From assembly GCA_041687015.1 (NCBI GenBank), contig JAWLCT010000002.1, forward strand, positions 64,073 to 128,072: a stretch of DNA of 64,000 bases, read 5' to 3'. Under the pieces are notes generated by a model. It was given only the letters and a program-made list of their open reading frames with translations, had not been told where the DNA came from and did not search any database. Within the stretch, counting starts at the first letter, position 1. Every line of letters begins with the position of its first letter. Positions 54,806 through 64,000 of the stretch are shown piece after piece. Source of the DNA: Gammaproteobacteria bacterium. Its GTDB lineage: Bacteria; Pseudomonadota; Gammaproteobacteria; Thiohalomonadales; Thiohalomonadaceae. The position numbers were made by a program, and so were the translations under genes.

Positions 54806-55938
54806 TCGAATGGCTGTTGTGGTCGAGCCTCGGCGTGATCTTTTACACCTATGCCGGTTATCCGCTGCTGCTTGCGCTGATCGCACCGCGGCGGCGCACG
54901 GCGCCACCGGTGGCCATCGCGCATCCCAGCGTCACGGTGATCGTCGCCGCCTACAACGAAGCGCGCTTCATCGGGGAAAAAATCCGCACCACCCTGGCCT
55001 CCGACTATCCCGCCGATCGACTGCAACTCATCGTGGTGTCGGACGGGTCCACCGACGAGACCGACGCCATCGCCGCGGTTTTCGACGACCCGCGTCTGTG
55101 TCTGCTGCGCACCGGGCGCCGCGGCGGCAAGGCGGCGGCGCTCAACCTGGCACGTCCCCAGGCGCGCGGAGAAATCCTCGTTTATTCCGACGCCAACGTG
55201 TTGTTCCGTCCCGATGCCATCGCACGGCTGGTGGAAAACTTCGCCGACCCACGCTGCGGCCTGGTGAGCGGTCGCGTGGAACTGCAATCCATGGACAGCG
55301 AAGAACCGCTCGGCGAAGGCGCCTACATGCGCTACGAGCGTTTCATCTGTGCGAAAGAGAGCGCGCTGCATTCCATGATCGGCACCGACGGCGGGATGTT
55401 CGCGGTGCGCGCGGCGCTGGTGGACGACGTGCCCGCGCATGTAATCCTCGACGACTTCTACATCGCCATGGGGGTGGCCGATCGGGGCTATCGCCTGCGC
55501 TATGAGCCACGGGCGGTGGCGTTCGAAAAGGTACCGGCGCGGGTGAGCCAGGAATTCCGCCGCAAGGTACGCATCGCCGCGGGCGGGTTCCAGGTGCTGG
55601 GGCACATGGCGCTGCTGCGCCGTCCCTGGCGCGCGCCGCTGTTCGTGGCCATGTTCATCTCCCACAAGCTGCTGCGCTGGCTGAGCGGCTTCGCTTTGCT
55701 GGTTGCGTGGGCAGCCAATTTTGCCCTGCTCGACCACAGCGGTTACGGCGCCTTGCTGTTGCTCCAACTGGGCGCTTACGGCGCAGCGCTGGGTGCGCTG
55801 CTTGCGAAGCCGTTGCGCAGGAACCGATTTTTCTACCCGTTCTACTATTTCGGCGCCATCAACCTGGCCTGCGTGGTGGGCTTTTTCCGCTTCCTGCGTC
55901 AGCGCCAGCCCGCCGCCTGGCAGCGCGTGGATCGCTGA
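54799..55938 (+). CDS. Family-2 glycosyltransferase with C-terminal membrane helices (synthase-like)
   Basis: VTVIVAAYNEA, VVSDGSTDET, YSDANV (DxD-like), LDDFY, and a Q-x-x-R-(R/W)-like SQEFRRKVRIAAG. About 3-4 C-terminal TM helices. Confidence 0.86.
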   Translation: MLIEWLLWSSLGVIFYTYAGYPLLLALIAPRRRTAPPVAIAHPSVTVIVAAYNEARFIGEKIRTTLASDYPADRLQLIVVSDGSTDETDAIAAVFDDPRLCLLRTGRRGGKAAALNLARPQARGEILVYSDANVLFRPDAIARLVENFADPRCGLVSGRVELQSMDSEEPLGEGAYMRYERFICAKESALHSMIGTDGGMFAVRAALVDDVPAHVILDDFYIAMGVADRGYRLRYEPRAVAFEKVPARVSQEFRRKVRIAAGGFQVLGHMALLRRPWRAPLFVAMFISHKLLRWLSGFALLVAWAANFALLDHSGYGALLLLQLGAYGAALGALLAKPLRRNRFFYPFYYFGAINLACVVGFFRFLRQRQPAAWQRVDR

Positions 55939-55939
55939 C

Positions 55940-57109
55940 ATGGAGACGGAGCGTCCACGCGTGCTGGCACTCATCGCCACCCCCATTCTCGGCGGGCCGG
56001 GTAAGGGTTTGTTGCAGTTGGCGCGCCACCTCGATAGCCACCACACCGAGTTGCTGCTGGCCACCTTCTCCTATCGCGGGCGACGCAGCGAACTGTGGCG
56101 CCGGGCCCGGGAACAGAACACGGCGATCGCACTGCTGAACCAGCGCTTCCGGATCGATCCCCTGCCTGCGATACAGGCGCTGCGCCTGGTGGAAGAGCGC
56201 GGCATCAACCTGTTGCAGAGCCATGGTTACAAGAGCCATCTGGTGGCCTGGTGGGTGGCGGCGCGGACCGGGCTGCCGTGGCTGGCCTTCGCCCACGGTT
56301 GGACCGCCGAGAGCCGCAAGGCGCGCCTCTATAACCGCATCGAACAAGCCCTGCTGCGGCGTGCCACCCTGGCGGTGGCCGTGTCGCGGCCCCTGCACGA
56401 AACGCTCACGCACCTGCGCGGGTCACGGCGTCCGACCGAGTTGCTGTTGAACGCCGTGGATCCACAGGAGTTGCGTCGCGAGGCGGGCGGCGCCGCGCTG
56501 CGTGCCCGGTTGGGTATGGCGCCGCAACACCTGGCCATCGGTTGTTTCGGCCGTCTCAGCCGTGAGAAAGGTCATGTCCACCTGCTGCAAGCGCTGGCGG
56601 CATTGGGCACGACAGCGGCACGGTTCAAGCTGGTGGTGGTGGGTGACGGGCCGGAACGGGCGCACTTGCAGACACTCAGTGAACGGCTCGGCCTCGCCCG
56701 CTGCGTGCACTTCGAGGGTTATCGCGAGAACATGGGGGACTATTTCGATGCGGTGGATATGGTGGTGCTCCCCTCGATCTCCGAAGGCACCCCCAATGTG
56801 GTCCTGGAGGCCTTGGCACTTGGCCGCCCGGTGCTCGCGAGCCGCGTCGGCGGCATCGGGGATCTGATTATCCCCGGCGTGAACGGTTGGCTGGTGACGC
56901 CCGGGCGCAGTGATGAACTCGCCGCCACGTTGCAACACATCGCTGCACAGCCCGAGGACGTGGCCGAACTCGGCGCCCGCGCCGCAGGTTCGCTTCAGGC
57001 CTGCTATCAGCCCGCCTTTCGTGCGCAACGACTGCAGGAACTCTACTGCAAGCTGTTGGCCGGGTTGCCTGCCGCACATGCCGGTCAGACCAACGGAGGC
57101 ATGGCGTGA
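55940..57109 (+). CDS. Family-4 (group 1) glycosyltransferase
   Basis: VLALIATPILGGPGKGLL..., GRLSREKG, PSISEGTPNVVLEALALGRPVLAS (E-x7-E). Confidence 0.85.
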   Translation: METERPRVLALIATPILGGPGKGLLQLARHLDSHHTELLLATFSYRGRRSELWRRAREQNTAIALLNQRFRIDPLPAIQALRLVEERGINLLQSHGYKSHLVAWWVAARTGLPWLAFAHGWTAESRKARLYNRIEQALLRRATLAVAVSRPLHETLTHLRGSRRPTELLLNAVDPQELRREAGGAALRARLGMAPQHLAIGCFGRLSREKGHVHLLQALAALGTTAARFKLVVVGDGPERAHLQTLSERLGLARCVHFEGYRENMGDYFDAVDMVVLPSISEGTPNVVLEALALGRPVLASRVGGIGDLIIPGVNGWLVTPGRSDELAATLQHIAAQPEDVAELGARAAGSLQACYQPAFRAQRLQELYCKLLAGLPAAHAGQTNGGMA

Positions 57110-58194
57110 TGCGCCTGATGGAGGTGGTAAGTACCTTCAGGATGGGCGGTTCCGAGCGACTTGCCGTGCTGCTCGCCGAGCGCCTGCGCGAGCAGGGCCT
57201 CCATACCAGCCTGTGCACCACATCCGGCGGCCGCGGCCCCATCAGCGACCTGCTGGAACAGAAAGGCATTCCCTGGTTCGCACCGCTGGCCGATGCCAAC
57301 AATCCTCTCAGCCGTCGTTTGTATCTCGCACAACTGTTCCGGCGTGAGCGGGTGGAGATTCTCCACCTCCATCACATGTCCAACCTTGCGCTGTGCTATT
57401 GGCCGGCGCGCCTCGCGGGCGTACGGCGCCTGGTGGTGACGGAGCACACCGACTTCGAATTACGCAACACGCCACGGGTGTGGCGACGCGCGAAACACTT
57501 CGGCCCCAAGGCGGATGCCGTGACAGTGATTCACGGTGCGCTGGAGCGCATGCTCGCGGAAGCCGGTGTTGCGACGGATCGGCTGTGGCGGATCGAGAAT
57601 GGCGTGGATGTCGCCTCCTTCGTCAAACGCCGTACACCGCGCAAGGTGCGCCCGCCCGTGGTCGGCTGGGTGGGACGCATGCATCCGGACAAAGATATCG
57701 AAACCTGGTTGCAGGCAGCCGCGAAAGTGGCCGCGCGCGCCCGCGCTCCAGTGCGCTTCAGCCTGGTGGGAGACGGCCCCGAGGCAGACAAGGCCAAGCG
57801 ATTGGCGCAGCGACTTGGCATCGCGCAGCGGGTGGATTTCCACGGCGAGCAACAGGATGTGGCGGCCTATTTGCGCGACATGGATGTGTTCGTGCTGTCC
57901 TCCCGCACCGAGGGCGTCCCCATGGTGCTGCTGGAAGCCATGGCGTCGGGCGTTCCCTGTGTCTCGACGGCGGTTGGGGGCATCCCGGAGCTGATTGAAC
58001 CGGCCTGGGGCCGTCTGGTCCCTCCGGGCGATCCCGAACAGCTGGCGGAGACTGTGCTGTCTTTATTAGACGCGGAGCCGCTACGCCGCACGCTGGGCAA
58101 AGCCGCGCGCAAGGTCGTAGAGGAAAAATTCAACCTGGAGCGGATGCTTGAAAAATACACCCGGGTGTTGGCGCCTCCGGTTTCCGTGACCTGA
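57106..58194 (+). CDS. Family-4 (group 1) glycosyltransferase
   Basis: VSTFRMGGSERLAV..., GRMHPDKD, SSRTEGVPMVLLEAMASGVPCVST (E-x7-E). The ATG overlaps the upstream stop. Confidence 0.88.
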   Translation: MMRLMEVVSTFRMGGSERLAVLLAERLREQGLHTSLCTTSGGRGPISDLLEQKGIPWFAPLADANNPLSRRLYLAQLFRRERVEILHLHHMSNLALCYWPARLAGVRRLVVTEHTDFELRNTPRVWRRAKHFGPKADAVTVIHGALERMLAEAGVATDRLWRIENGVDVASFVKRRTPRKVRPPVVGWVGRMHPDKDIETWLQAAAKVAARARAPVRFSLVGDGPEADKAKRLAQRLGIAQRVDFHGEQQDVAAYLRDMDVFVLSSRTEGVPMVLLEAMASGVPCVSTAVGGIPELIEPAWGRLVPPGDPEQLAETVLSLLDAEPLRRTLGKAARKVVEEKFNLERMLEKYTRVLAPPVSVT

Positions 58195-58216
58195 GGCCCG
58201 TCGGACACTGCCTGCC

Positions 58217-58927
58217 ATGGAGGGTACGGCAATGAAGAAAACGGCCAAACGCGTGGTGGAAGTTGCGGCCTGGCTACTCATGGCACCGCTGGCCTATGCA
58301 GTGAAATGGTCGGCCGCCATGGATACCCGGCATCGCTTTTTTCAGTTCGGCAGCCAACTCGTCAGCCTGCTGCCCGGATTACCGGGTGTGCTGCTGCGAC
58401 GGGCCTACTATCGCACGGTGCTGAGTCTGGGCCGGCGGAATTTCACCATCGATTTCGCCACCGTGCTCGCCCAGCGCGGCATCGAAATCGGCGACAACGC
58501 CTATATCGGCCCCTTTTGCAATATCGGGCTTTCCATCATCGGTCGCAACGTGTTGATCGGCAGTGGCGTACACATCGTCAGCGGCTCGCGGGTTCACAAC
58601 ATCGACAGACTCGACCTTCCCATCAAGGACCAAGGCGGTTACCTGCGCCAGGTCATCATCGGCAACGGTGCATGGCTCGGCAATGGTTGCATCGTGATGA
58701 GCGACATCGGTGATCACGTGGTGGTCGGGGCCGGCTCGGTGGTGACCCGTCACTGCAACGATTACGGTGTGTACGCCGGCAACCCGGCGCGGAAACTGCG
58801 CGACCGCCGCGGCGCCATCGTCGCCACCAACGGACCCGGCAGCACCGGGGCCCCGCGCGATAGCAACGCCCGGGCAGACGCCTACACTGAACCCCAGAAA
58901 CACTCGGGCGGGCCCGCGACGACTTAA
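58217..58927 (+). CDS. Hexapeptide-repeat (LbH) O-acyltransferase
   Basis: IGDNAYIGPFCNIG..IGRNVLIGSGVHIVSG...IGNGAWLGNGCIVMSDIGDHVVVGAGSVVT. N-terminal hydrophobic segment. Confidence 0.8.
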   Translation: MEGTAMKKTAKRVVEVAAWLLMAPLAYAVKWSAAMDTRHRFFQFGSQLVSLLPGLPGVLLRRAYYRTVLSLGRRNFTIDFATVLAQRGIEIGDNAYIGPFCNIGLSIIGRNVLIGSGVHIVSGSRVHNIDRLDLPIKDQGGYLRQVIIGNGAWLGNGCIVMSDIGDHVVVGAGSVVTRHCNDYGVYAGNPARKLRDRRGAIVATNGPGSTGAPRDSNARADAYTEPQKHSGGPATT

Positions 58928-58957
58928 GACCCATCCTTAACGCGAGGAAATTCACGG

Positions 58958-59995
58958 ATGAAAGTTCTTGTGACAGGCGCTGCCGGTTTTATCGGTTCCA
59001 CACTGTCGTTGCGCTTGCTGGCGCGCGGCGACACCGTCATCGGGCTCGACAACTTCAATGATTATTACGACGTGAATCTCAAGAAGGCGCGGTTCGAGCG
59101 TTGTTGCCGTCACGACACGTTCATCCCGGCCGTATTGGACCTGGCGGATCGCGATGGCATGGCGCGTCTTTTCCAGCAGCAACGTCCGGACCGCGTGGTG
59201 AATCTCGCCGCTCAGGCGGGCGTGCGCTACTCGCTGACCAATCCCCATGCCTACGTCGAAAGCAATCTGGTAGGTTTTCTCCATGTCCTGGAGGGTTGCC
59301 GACATAGCGGCGTCGAGCACCTCGTGTATGCGTCGAGCAGCTCGGTCTATGGCGGCAACACCCGCATGCCTTTTTCCGTGCGCGACAACGTGGATCATCC
59401 CCTGAGCCTCTATGCCGCCACGAAGAAGGCCAATGAGCTGATGGCACACACCTACAGTCATCTGTACGACCTGCCCACCACAGGCTTGCGTTTTTTCACC
59501 GTCTACGGTCCGTGGGGCCGGCCCGACATGGCCTTGTTCCTGTTCACGCGCAAAATCCTGGCCGGCGAACCCATCGATGTGTTCAACCACGGCAACCACC
59601 GGCGTGATTTCACCTACATCGATGACGTGGTCGAAGGCGTGGTGCGCGTGTTGGACCGAACCCCGGAACCGGATCCGGCCTGGTCGGGCGACAGCCCCGA
59701 TCCCGCCTCAAGCAGGGCGCGCTATCGCATCTACAACATCGGTAACAGCAACCCGGTGAATCTCACGCACTACATCGAAGTGCTGGAAAAGAAGCTGGGA
59801 CGGAAGGCCGAAAAACGGCTGTTGCCCTTGCAACCCGGTGATGTCCCCGATACCGAGGCCGAGACATCGGAGCTGTTCCGTGACGTGGGCTACTCGCCGT
59901 CCACCACGGTGGAGGAAGGCGTGAGCCGGTTCGTGGACTGGTACCTGGAGTACTACGGCGAATCGGGCAAGCAGGATACGCGCAGCATTGCCTGA
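58958..59995 (+). CDS. NAD-dependent UDP-glucuronate 4-epimerase (SDR family)
   Basis: [32 protein letters not shown] (YxxxK), [14 protein letters not shown]. Confidence 0.87.
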   Translation: MKVLVTGAAGFIGSTLSLRLLARGDTVIGLDNFNDYYDVNLKKARFERCCRHDTFIPAVLDLADRDGMARLFQQQRPDRVVNLAAQAGVRYSLTNPHAYVESNLVGFLHVLEGCRHSGVEHLVYASSSSVYGGNTRMPFSVRDNVDHPLSLYAATKKANELMAHTYSHLYDLPTTGLRFFTVYGPWGRPDMALFLFTRKILAGEPIDVFNHGNHRRDFTYIDDVVEGVVRVLDRTPEPDPAWSGDSPDPASSRARYRIYNIGNSNPVNLTHYIEVLEKKLGRKAEKRLLPLQPGDVPDTEAETSELFRDVGYSPSTTVEEGVSRFVDWYLEYYGESGKQDTRSIA

Positions 59996-60112
59996 ACACG
60001 TGAAGTGGCGCAGGATCAGGGAGCAACGCGGTACGGGGACCGGGCGTGCCGCGTCGTCCCTCCGTGTTCTCCGTAATCGCTGCGCGTCTGTGTGGGTCTG
60101 ATTCTTCGCTGG

Positions 60113-61702
60113 TCAAAGGCCGGCCGCCGTATACAAGAACGACGCGTCGCCGAATTCCCAGTGGATGCCCCGCCGCAAAACGTTGAAACGATCGAGCGTC
60201 CCCACGTTGGTTCCGCCGTAGGCGGACACGCAACCGGTGTAACCGACCTGCCGCACCCATTCCAGACGTTCGGGCGTGATGTGCTGCCGGCCCCCGTAGG
60301 GGTAGGAGAAAATGACCTGATCGAGGTGGAGTTCCCGCGCAAGTGAATCCATGGACTCGTGCAGCTCCCTGCGCACCCGCTGCTCGGATTCCGCCGCACA
60401 ATCGATGTGGTTCACCGTGTGCGAGCCTATGGTGAATCCCGCCGCGTGCATTTCGCGCAAATGATCCCAGCTCATGAGCGCAATAAGCGGATTGCCGCGC
60501 CGGATATCGTGAGCAAATCGGCGGCGCGTCCCGATGAACCCGGTGGACACGAAAAAGGCAGCCGGAATTTGATGGCGTGACAAAATGGGAAAGGCGTTGA
60601 TGTAGTTGTCCAGATAGCCATCGTCGAAGGTCACGCATACCACCGGGCGCCCGGTTTTGGGAATGGCTGCCTGTGCCAGCAGATCGGGCAGCGCCATCAC
60701 ATGAAAGTACCGCCGCAGCAGGCTCATCTGACGATCGAACTGTTCGATACCCGTGGTCAGGTTGTCGCGCACACTGTCGGTGACGCGGTGATAGAGCAGC
60801 ACCGTCGCCCGAGGCTGTGCGGCCCACGGTATGGCAGCCATCCCCACCGTGAAGGCACCCTTGCGTATCCAGTGTTTCGCCAGGCGTTTGGCGAGCGCCG
60901 GCTGCGGTGGCAGCCGCTGGGCGAGCCGGTGTTCCAGGTGCGCCACCTGCGCCAGGCTCGGGCGGCGGTACACACTACCGCCCGGACGCTGGGCCACGCG
61001 CCGCGATTTGCCCGCCGCCAGTTTCACCACCACGTCGCGCACCAGATCGATGCCCACTTCGTCGAGACGGGCCAGGAGGCCCTTCACCGTGGAATATTTT
61101 TCCACCGCCAACGACGTGGCCGCGGCGATCGGCCCGGTGTCCAAGCCCTCCTCGATCCAGTGAACCGTGCAACCCACGGACGCTTCGCCGTTCCAGAGTT
61201 CCCAGAACACCGGCGGCATGCCACGGTATTCGGGTAGCTTTCCCTTGTGCAAATTCAGGGTACCCAGCCGTGGCAAGGCGTAGAGGCTGGGCTGCAGTAT
61301 GGGCGCCCCCAGGGAAATTCCCAGGTCCGGCGCAAACGCCGCCACACGCGTGAGCACGGCGTCCGCATGCATATCAGCCACCTCCTGGATCGCCACGTGC
61401 TTCAAGCTGCGGAGGTGGCTCGCGGTGGATTCGAAGCCGGGTGCGTCCGCCACGTCCGGCAACGGCGTTCGGGCCGACAGCTGGCGTTGCAGCGCCCCAG
61501 CCAGGGCCGGCACCTGCCGCCAGCCATTTCGGCGCAGGCCCCGCCATTGCCTGCGCACCATGTGCGCGGCCCGCCGGGGAGGCGTGTGCACCAGGACCAG
61601 CCATGACAAGCCCGGCAGCGCGCGATCGATGGCAATCACGTTCTTGCAGGTCGGGTAGGATAAATCTCCCGCAAACACCACGATCCGAGCGAGCTCACCC
61701 AT
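60113..61702 (-). CDS. Fusion protein: formyltransferase domain (Fmt/ArnA-N-like) plus CE4 polysaccharide deacetylase (NodB) domain
   Basis: N-terminal half: LNLHKGKLPEYRGMPPVFWELWNGE..GCTVHWIEEGLDTGPI, carrying the Asn/His/Asp formyltransferase triad pattern. C-terminal half: VCVTFDDGYLDNY..., GSHTVNH, FSYPYGG. GAGGAAGG RBS before the ATG at 61702. Confidence 0.85.
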   Translation of the reverse strand: MGELARIVVFAGDLSYPTCKNVIAIDRALPGLSWLVLVHTPPRRAAHMVRRQWRGLRRNGWRQVPALAGALQRQLSARTPLPDVADAPGFESTASHLRSLKHVAIQEVADMHADAVLTRVAAFAPDLGISLGAPILQPSLYALPRLGTLNLHKGKLPEYRGMPPVFWELWNGEASVGCTVHWIEEGLDTGPIAAATSLAVEKYSTVKGLLARLDEVGIDLVRDVVVKLAAGKSRRVAQRPGGSVYRRPSLAQVAHLEHRLAQRLPPQPALAKRLAKHWIRKGAFTVGMAAIPWAAQPRATVLLYHRVTDSVRDNLTTGIEQFDRQMSLLRRYFHVMALPDLLAQAAIPKTGRPVVCVTFDDGYLDNYINAFPILSRHQIPAAFFVSTGFIGTRRRFAHDIRRGNPLIALMSWDHLREMHAAGFTIGSHTVNHIDCAAESEQRVRRELHESMDSLARELHLDQVIFSYPYGGRQHITPERLEWVRQVGYTGCVSAYGGTNVGTLDRFNVLRRGIHWEFGDASFLYTAAGL

Positions 61703-61737
61703 GCCCACCTTCCTCGTTTCCATCCGTCGCTTACCCG

Positions 61738-62838
61738 TCAGTTGCGCGTCCTCGTCGGCTTTAGCCAACGCCCGTCACCGGCGAGGCGCCACGCCACATA
61801 GTCGAAACTCCATCGGTAGTTCTGGTTGAAAATTTTCGCACTGCATTTCAGGCACGCCTGCCGTACCCCGCCCGCGAAGATCGCGTCGGCGCGTTCGCGA
61901 TGACGAAGCTCCCCGGTTTCGTAGTACAACCAGGCATAGACCGGAGCGATGAGCAGATTGAGATCGGGCGCTGGTCTGCGGCGGCCGACGCCATTGAGGT
62001 CGCGATCTACATACGCGAAAGCCTCACCTTCCCACAGGTTGTCCCAAAACCAGTCCGCGGTCTGCGCCAATGCCGGGGGGATCCGCTTGTCGGGCCGCTT
62101 CGCCGCTTCGCTTGCCTGGTAATACGCGATGAGCGCCTCACCGGTGAGCCCGAACATGAACGGCTGCCTGAAGCGCCAGCGTTCGTCTCTGACCTCGAAA
62201 TCACCGGTGCGCCAGATATGCAGATGATGCAACGCCGTGTCCACCAAAGCCTCGAGCCGATGGCGCTGGCGCGGCGCGCCGGTACGCTCTGCCAGGAGCT
62301 GGGCATGGATGGCGTAGGCGATCTCCCGGCTGTAACGCGCCTGGCGCCACTTGCGCGCATGATTGCCGACTTCGATGTTTGAAAAGGCCGGCGCGTCGCG
62401 CAATCGCTGCACAGAATGTCGCGAGTTTTCGTCACCCGTGCGGCGCCAGTCTTCATAAAGACCATGGGGAAACCGTTGCCATCCCGCCGTTCGGTAGTCG
62501 TGACGCGCACAGTAACCGTCTTCGTAAAGCGCTTCGGCGATCTCCGCGTAGTCGTACCAGGGTGAGGTCTCCCCGGTGTAGTCAGCAATCTGATAAAACA
62601 CCCGCTGGGCGTCGTAGTAGGTCGCCTTGAAGCGTTGCTGATCACTGTTGCGCTCGTCGGCGAGATAGGCGCCCCAATGACGCCCCCAACGCTGCATGCC
62701 CTGCTCCCACTCCGCAAGCAACGGGATTCCCCCCGTCCGGGTTTGCGATGCGGCCGCGCAGCCGATCAGCGGTCCGAACGCGAGCACCAGAACGGAAGCA
62801 ATGGCAGCCCACCGGGCGGAACTAGGCAGCGAGCACAT
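61738..62838 (-). CDS. Hypothetical lipoprotein inside the polysaccharide locus
   Basis: Lipobox LIGC after MCSLPSSARWAAIASVLVLAFGP. A Trp/Tyr/Arg-rich 366-aa protein with no recognised family. Its start overlaps the amidotransferase stop by 17 nt. Confidence 0.55.
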   Translation of the reverse strand: MCSLPSSARWAAIASVLVLAFGPLIGCAAASQTRTGGIPLLAEWEQGMQRWGRHWGAYLADERNSDQQRFKATYYDAQRVFYQIADYTGETSPWYDYAEIAEALYEDGYCARHDYRTAGWQRFPHGLYEDWRRTGDENSRHSVQRLRDAPAFSNIEVGNHARKWRQARYSREIAYAIHAQLLAERTGAPRQRHRLEALVDTALHHLHIWRTGDFEVRDERWRFRQPFMFGLTGEALIAYYQASEAAKRPDKRIPPALAQTADWFWDNLWEGEAFAYVDRDLNGVGRRRPAPDLNLLIAPVYAWLYYETGELRHRERADAIFAGGVRQACLKCSAKIFNQNYRWSFDYVAWRLAGDGRWLKPTRTRN

Positions 62839-64000
62839 GGCGATGGAATGCGTCGAATAGCAGAATGGACCAGAGCAGATTTCCGTTGTCACGCAGCCCG
62901 GCGCGATGCTCCGACGCCATGCGACGAACGAAATCGCCATCGAGCAGCCTTGCCTCGAACAGCGGTGAATCCGCCAACAGTCGATCGGTGTTGGCCGTCA
63001 ACGGTCCCCGGAACCAGCCCGCAATGGGCACGTCGAAGCCTTTTTTCTTACGGTACAGCACCTCGTGGGGCAGGCGTGACTCCAGGCACTTCTTGAACAT
63101 ATATTTGCCCTCGCCACCTTTGAGCTTCCATCGGGGTGGAAGCCGGGATATCCATTCAACCAGTTCATGATCGAGCAAGGGCACGCGCACCTCCAGTGAA
63201 TTGGCCATGCTGGCGCGATCCACCTTGGTCAGGATGTCCCCCGGTAAGAAGATTTTCATGTCCAGGTACTGGGTCAGGGACAGGGGATCGCGGGTCGGCG
63301 CCTTGGCGGCATGCCGATGAAACACCTCGGCCGCATCGAAGCCGTCCAGTTCACGCAGAAACTGCGCGTGATAAATACGTCTGCGCCGTTCTCTCGGGGT
63401 GAACTGGGCAGAATAGGCAAGTGCATCCACCTCATCCAGTCCGAGGGTTTCGAAGGTGGCTTTGGCACGCAGAAACCGGGGCGCCCAGTCCGCCTTCGGA
63501 TAAAGACGGCCCAAGGTCCGAAACAGCGGACGCCGCACACCCGCCGGGAGCAACGCGCGGATCCGCGATTTCAGAAGTTGTGCAGGATAGCGGCTGTAGC
63601 CGGCGAGGTTTTCATCACCACCATCGCCCGACAGCGCCACCGTCACGTGCCGACGCGCCAATTCGCATAGCCGATAAGTGGCGAGCGACGAGCTGTCGGC
63701 ATAAGGCTCGTCGTAGATCGCGGCCAGGCGATCGATGAGCGACACATCCGCGTGATCAACCTGTTCTACGGCATGGCATGTCCCGAAGCGCTCGGCAACC
63801 ATGCGAGCGTAGGGCGATTCGTCGTAGGCGGGTTCCGAGAACGCGATCGAACAGGTGTGAACAGGGCTGCTCGAAAGCTCCGCCATGCCGGCCACCACGG
63901 CGCTCGAATCGACTCCGCCGGAGAGGAACGCACCGAGCGGCACGTCGGACACCAGGTGACTGGCCACCGCCTCGCGGGTACGCCGATAAAGCTCTTCTCG
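62822..64000 (-). CDS. asnB: Asparagine synthase (glutamine-hydrolysing)-type amidotransferase, C-terminal part (5' end lies outside the window)
   Basis: PP-loop SDVPLGAFLSGGVDSS. The frame is open to the window edge. The synthetase-domain pattern continues to the stop at 62822. Confidence 0.88.
   Translation of the reverse strand, partial: REELYRRTREAVASHLVSDVPLGAFLSGGVDSSAVVAGMAELSSSPVHTCSIAFSEPAYDESPYARMVAERFGTCHAVEQVDHADVSLIDRLAAIYDEPYADSSSLATYRLCELARRHVTVALSGDGGDENLAGYSRYPAQLLKSRIRALLPAGVRRPLFRTLGRLYPKADWAPRFLRAKATFETLGLDEVDALAYSAQFTPRERRRRIYHAQFLRELDGFDAAEVFHRHAAKAPTRDPLSLTQYLDMKIFLPGDILTKVDRASMANSLEVRVPLLDHELVEWISRLPPRWKLKGGEGKYMFKKCLESRLPHEVLYRKKKGFDVPIAGWFRGPLTANTDRLLADSPLFEARLLDGDFVRRMASEHRAGLRDNGNLLWSILLFDAFHRHVLAA

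Noticed and set aside
53536-54907. 346-aa plus-strand (alternate frame) and 350-aa minus-strand ORFs overlapping the 53540-54805 glycosyltransferase.
   Set aside because: The translations are Pro/Arg/Gly/His-rich without motifs. The 53540 frame shows a GT-B glycosyltransferase pattern and is start/stop-coupled to its neighbours.

Overview
High-GC chromosomal segment. Conserved synteny (rhlB/trxA/rho, yrfG-nudE-cysQ, cyaY/lptM-lysA-dapF-DUF484-xerC, cyaA) suggests a gammaproteobacterium. A halophilic, sulfur-metabolising lifestyle is my inference from the ectoine and sulfur-trafficking genes. Coding density is high, and the many long shadow ORFs are antisense or alternate-frame artefacts of the GC content. 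I saw no rRNA, tRNA, CRISPR array, transposase or prophage by eye.

Ordinary blocks:
- Housekeeping genes: glgP (partial), rho, trxA, rhlB, nudE, cysQ, tmcA, metA, mtgA, trmO, xerC, dapF, lysA, cyaY, cyaA.
- An ectR-ectABC ectoine locus.
- The 5' portion of a polysaccharide biosynthesis locus (50.9-64 kb): five glycosyltransferases, a Wzy/O-antigen-ligase-like protein, an acetyltransferase, UDP-glucuronate 4-epimerase, a formyltransferase-CE4 deacetylase fusion, and asparagine-synthase-type amidotransferase.

Main candidate for an undescribed system: a tightly packed, co-directional 13-gene minus-strand cluster at 28.6-39.1 kb. It encodes two TusA-like proteins, a double-length YeeE/YedE permease, three miniature DsrE/F/H-like proteins, and a double-rhodanese lipoprotein ending in a SoxY-like Cys-Gly-Gly tail. 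It also encodes a pentahaem and a trihaem cytochrome c, a small secreted CxC peptide, an OprO/P-like porin, and a PAS histidine kinase with a sigma-54 activator. A good sigma-54 promoter match and a perfect 17-bp palindrome sit upstream. I do not recognise this combination as Sox, Dsr, sHdr, Fcc/Sqr, Tsd, Ttr, Psr or Phs.

Secondary oddities:
- An orphan ATP-synthase epsilon gene translationally coupled to a cytidylate-kinase-like gene.
- A double BNR-propeller protein with a GlyGly-CTERM-like tail.
- A dihaem cytochrome c fused to DUF302.
- A dispersed family of intergenic repeats.

All calls come from reading the translations and DNA by eye. No database search was run.
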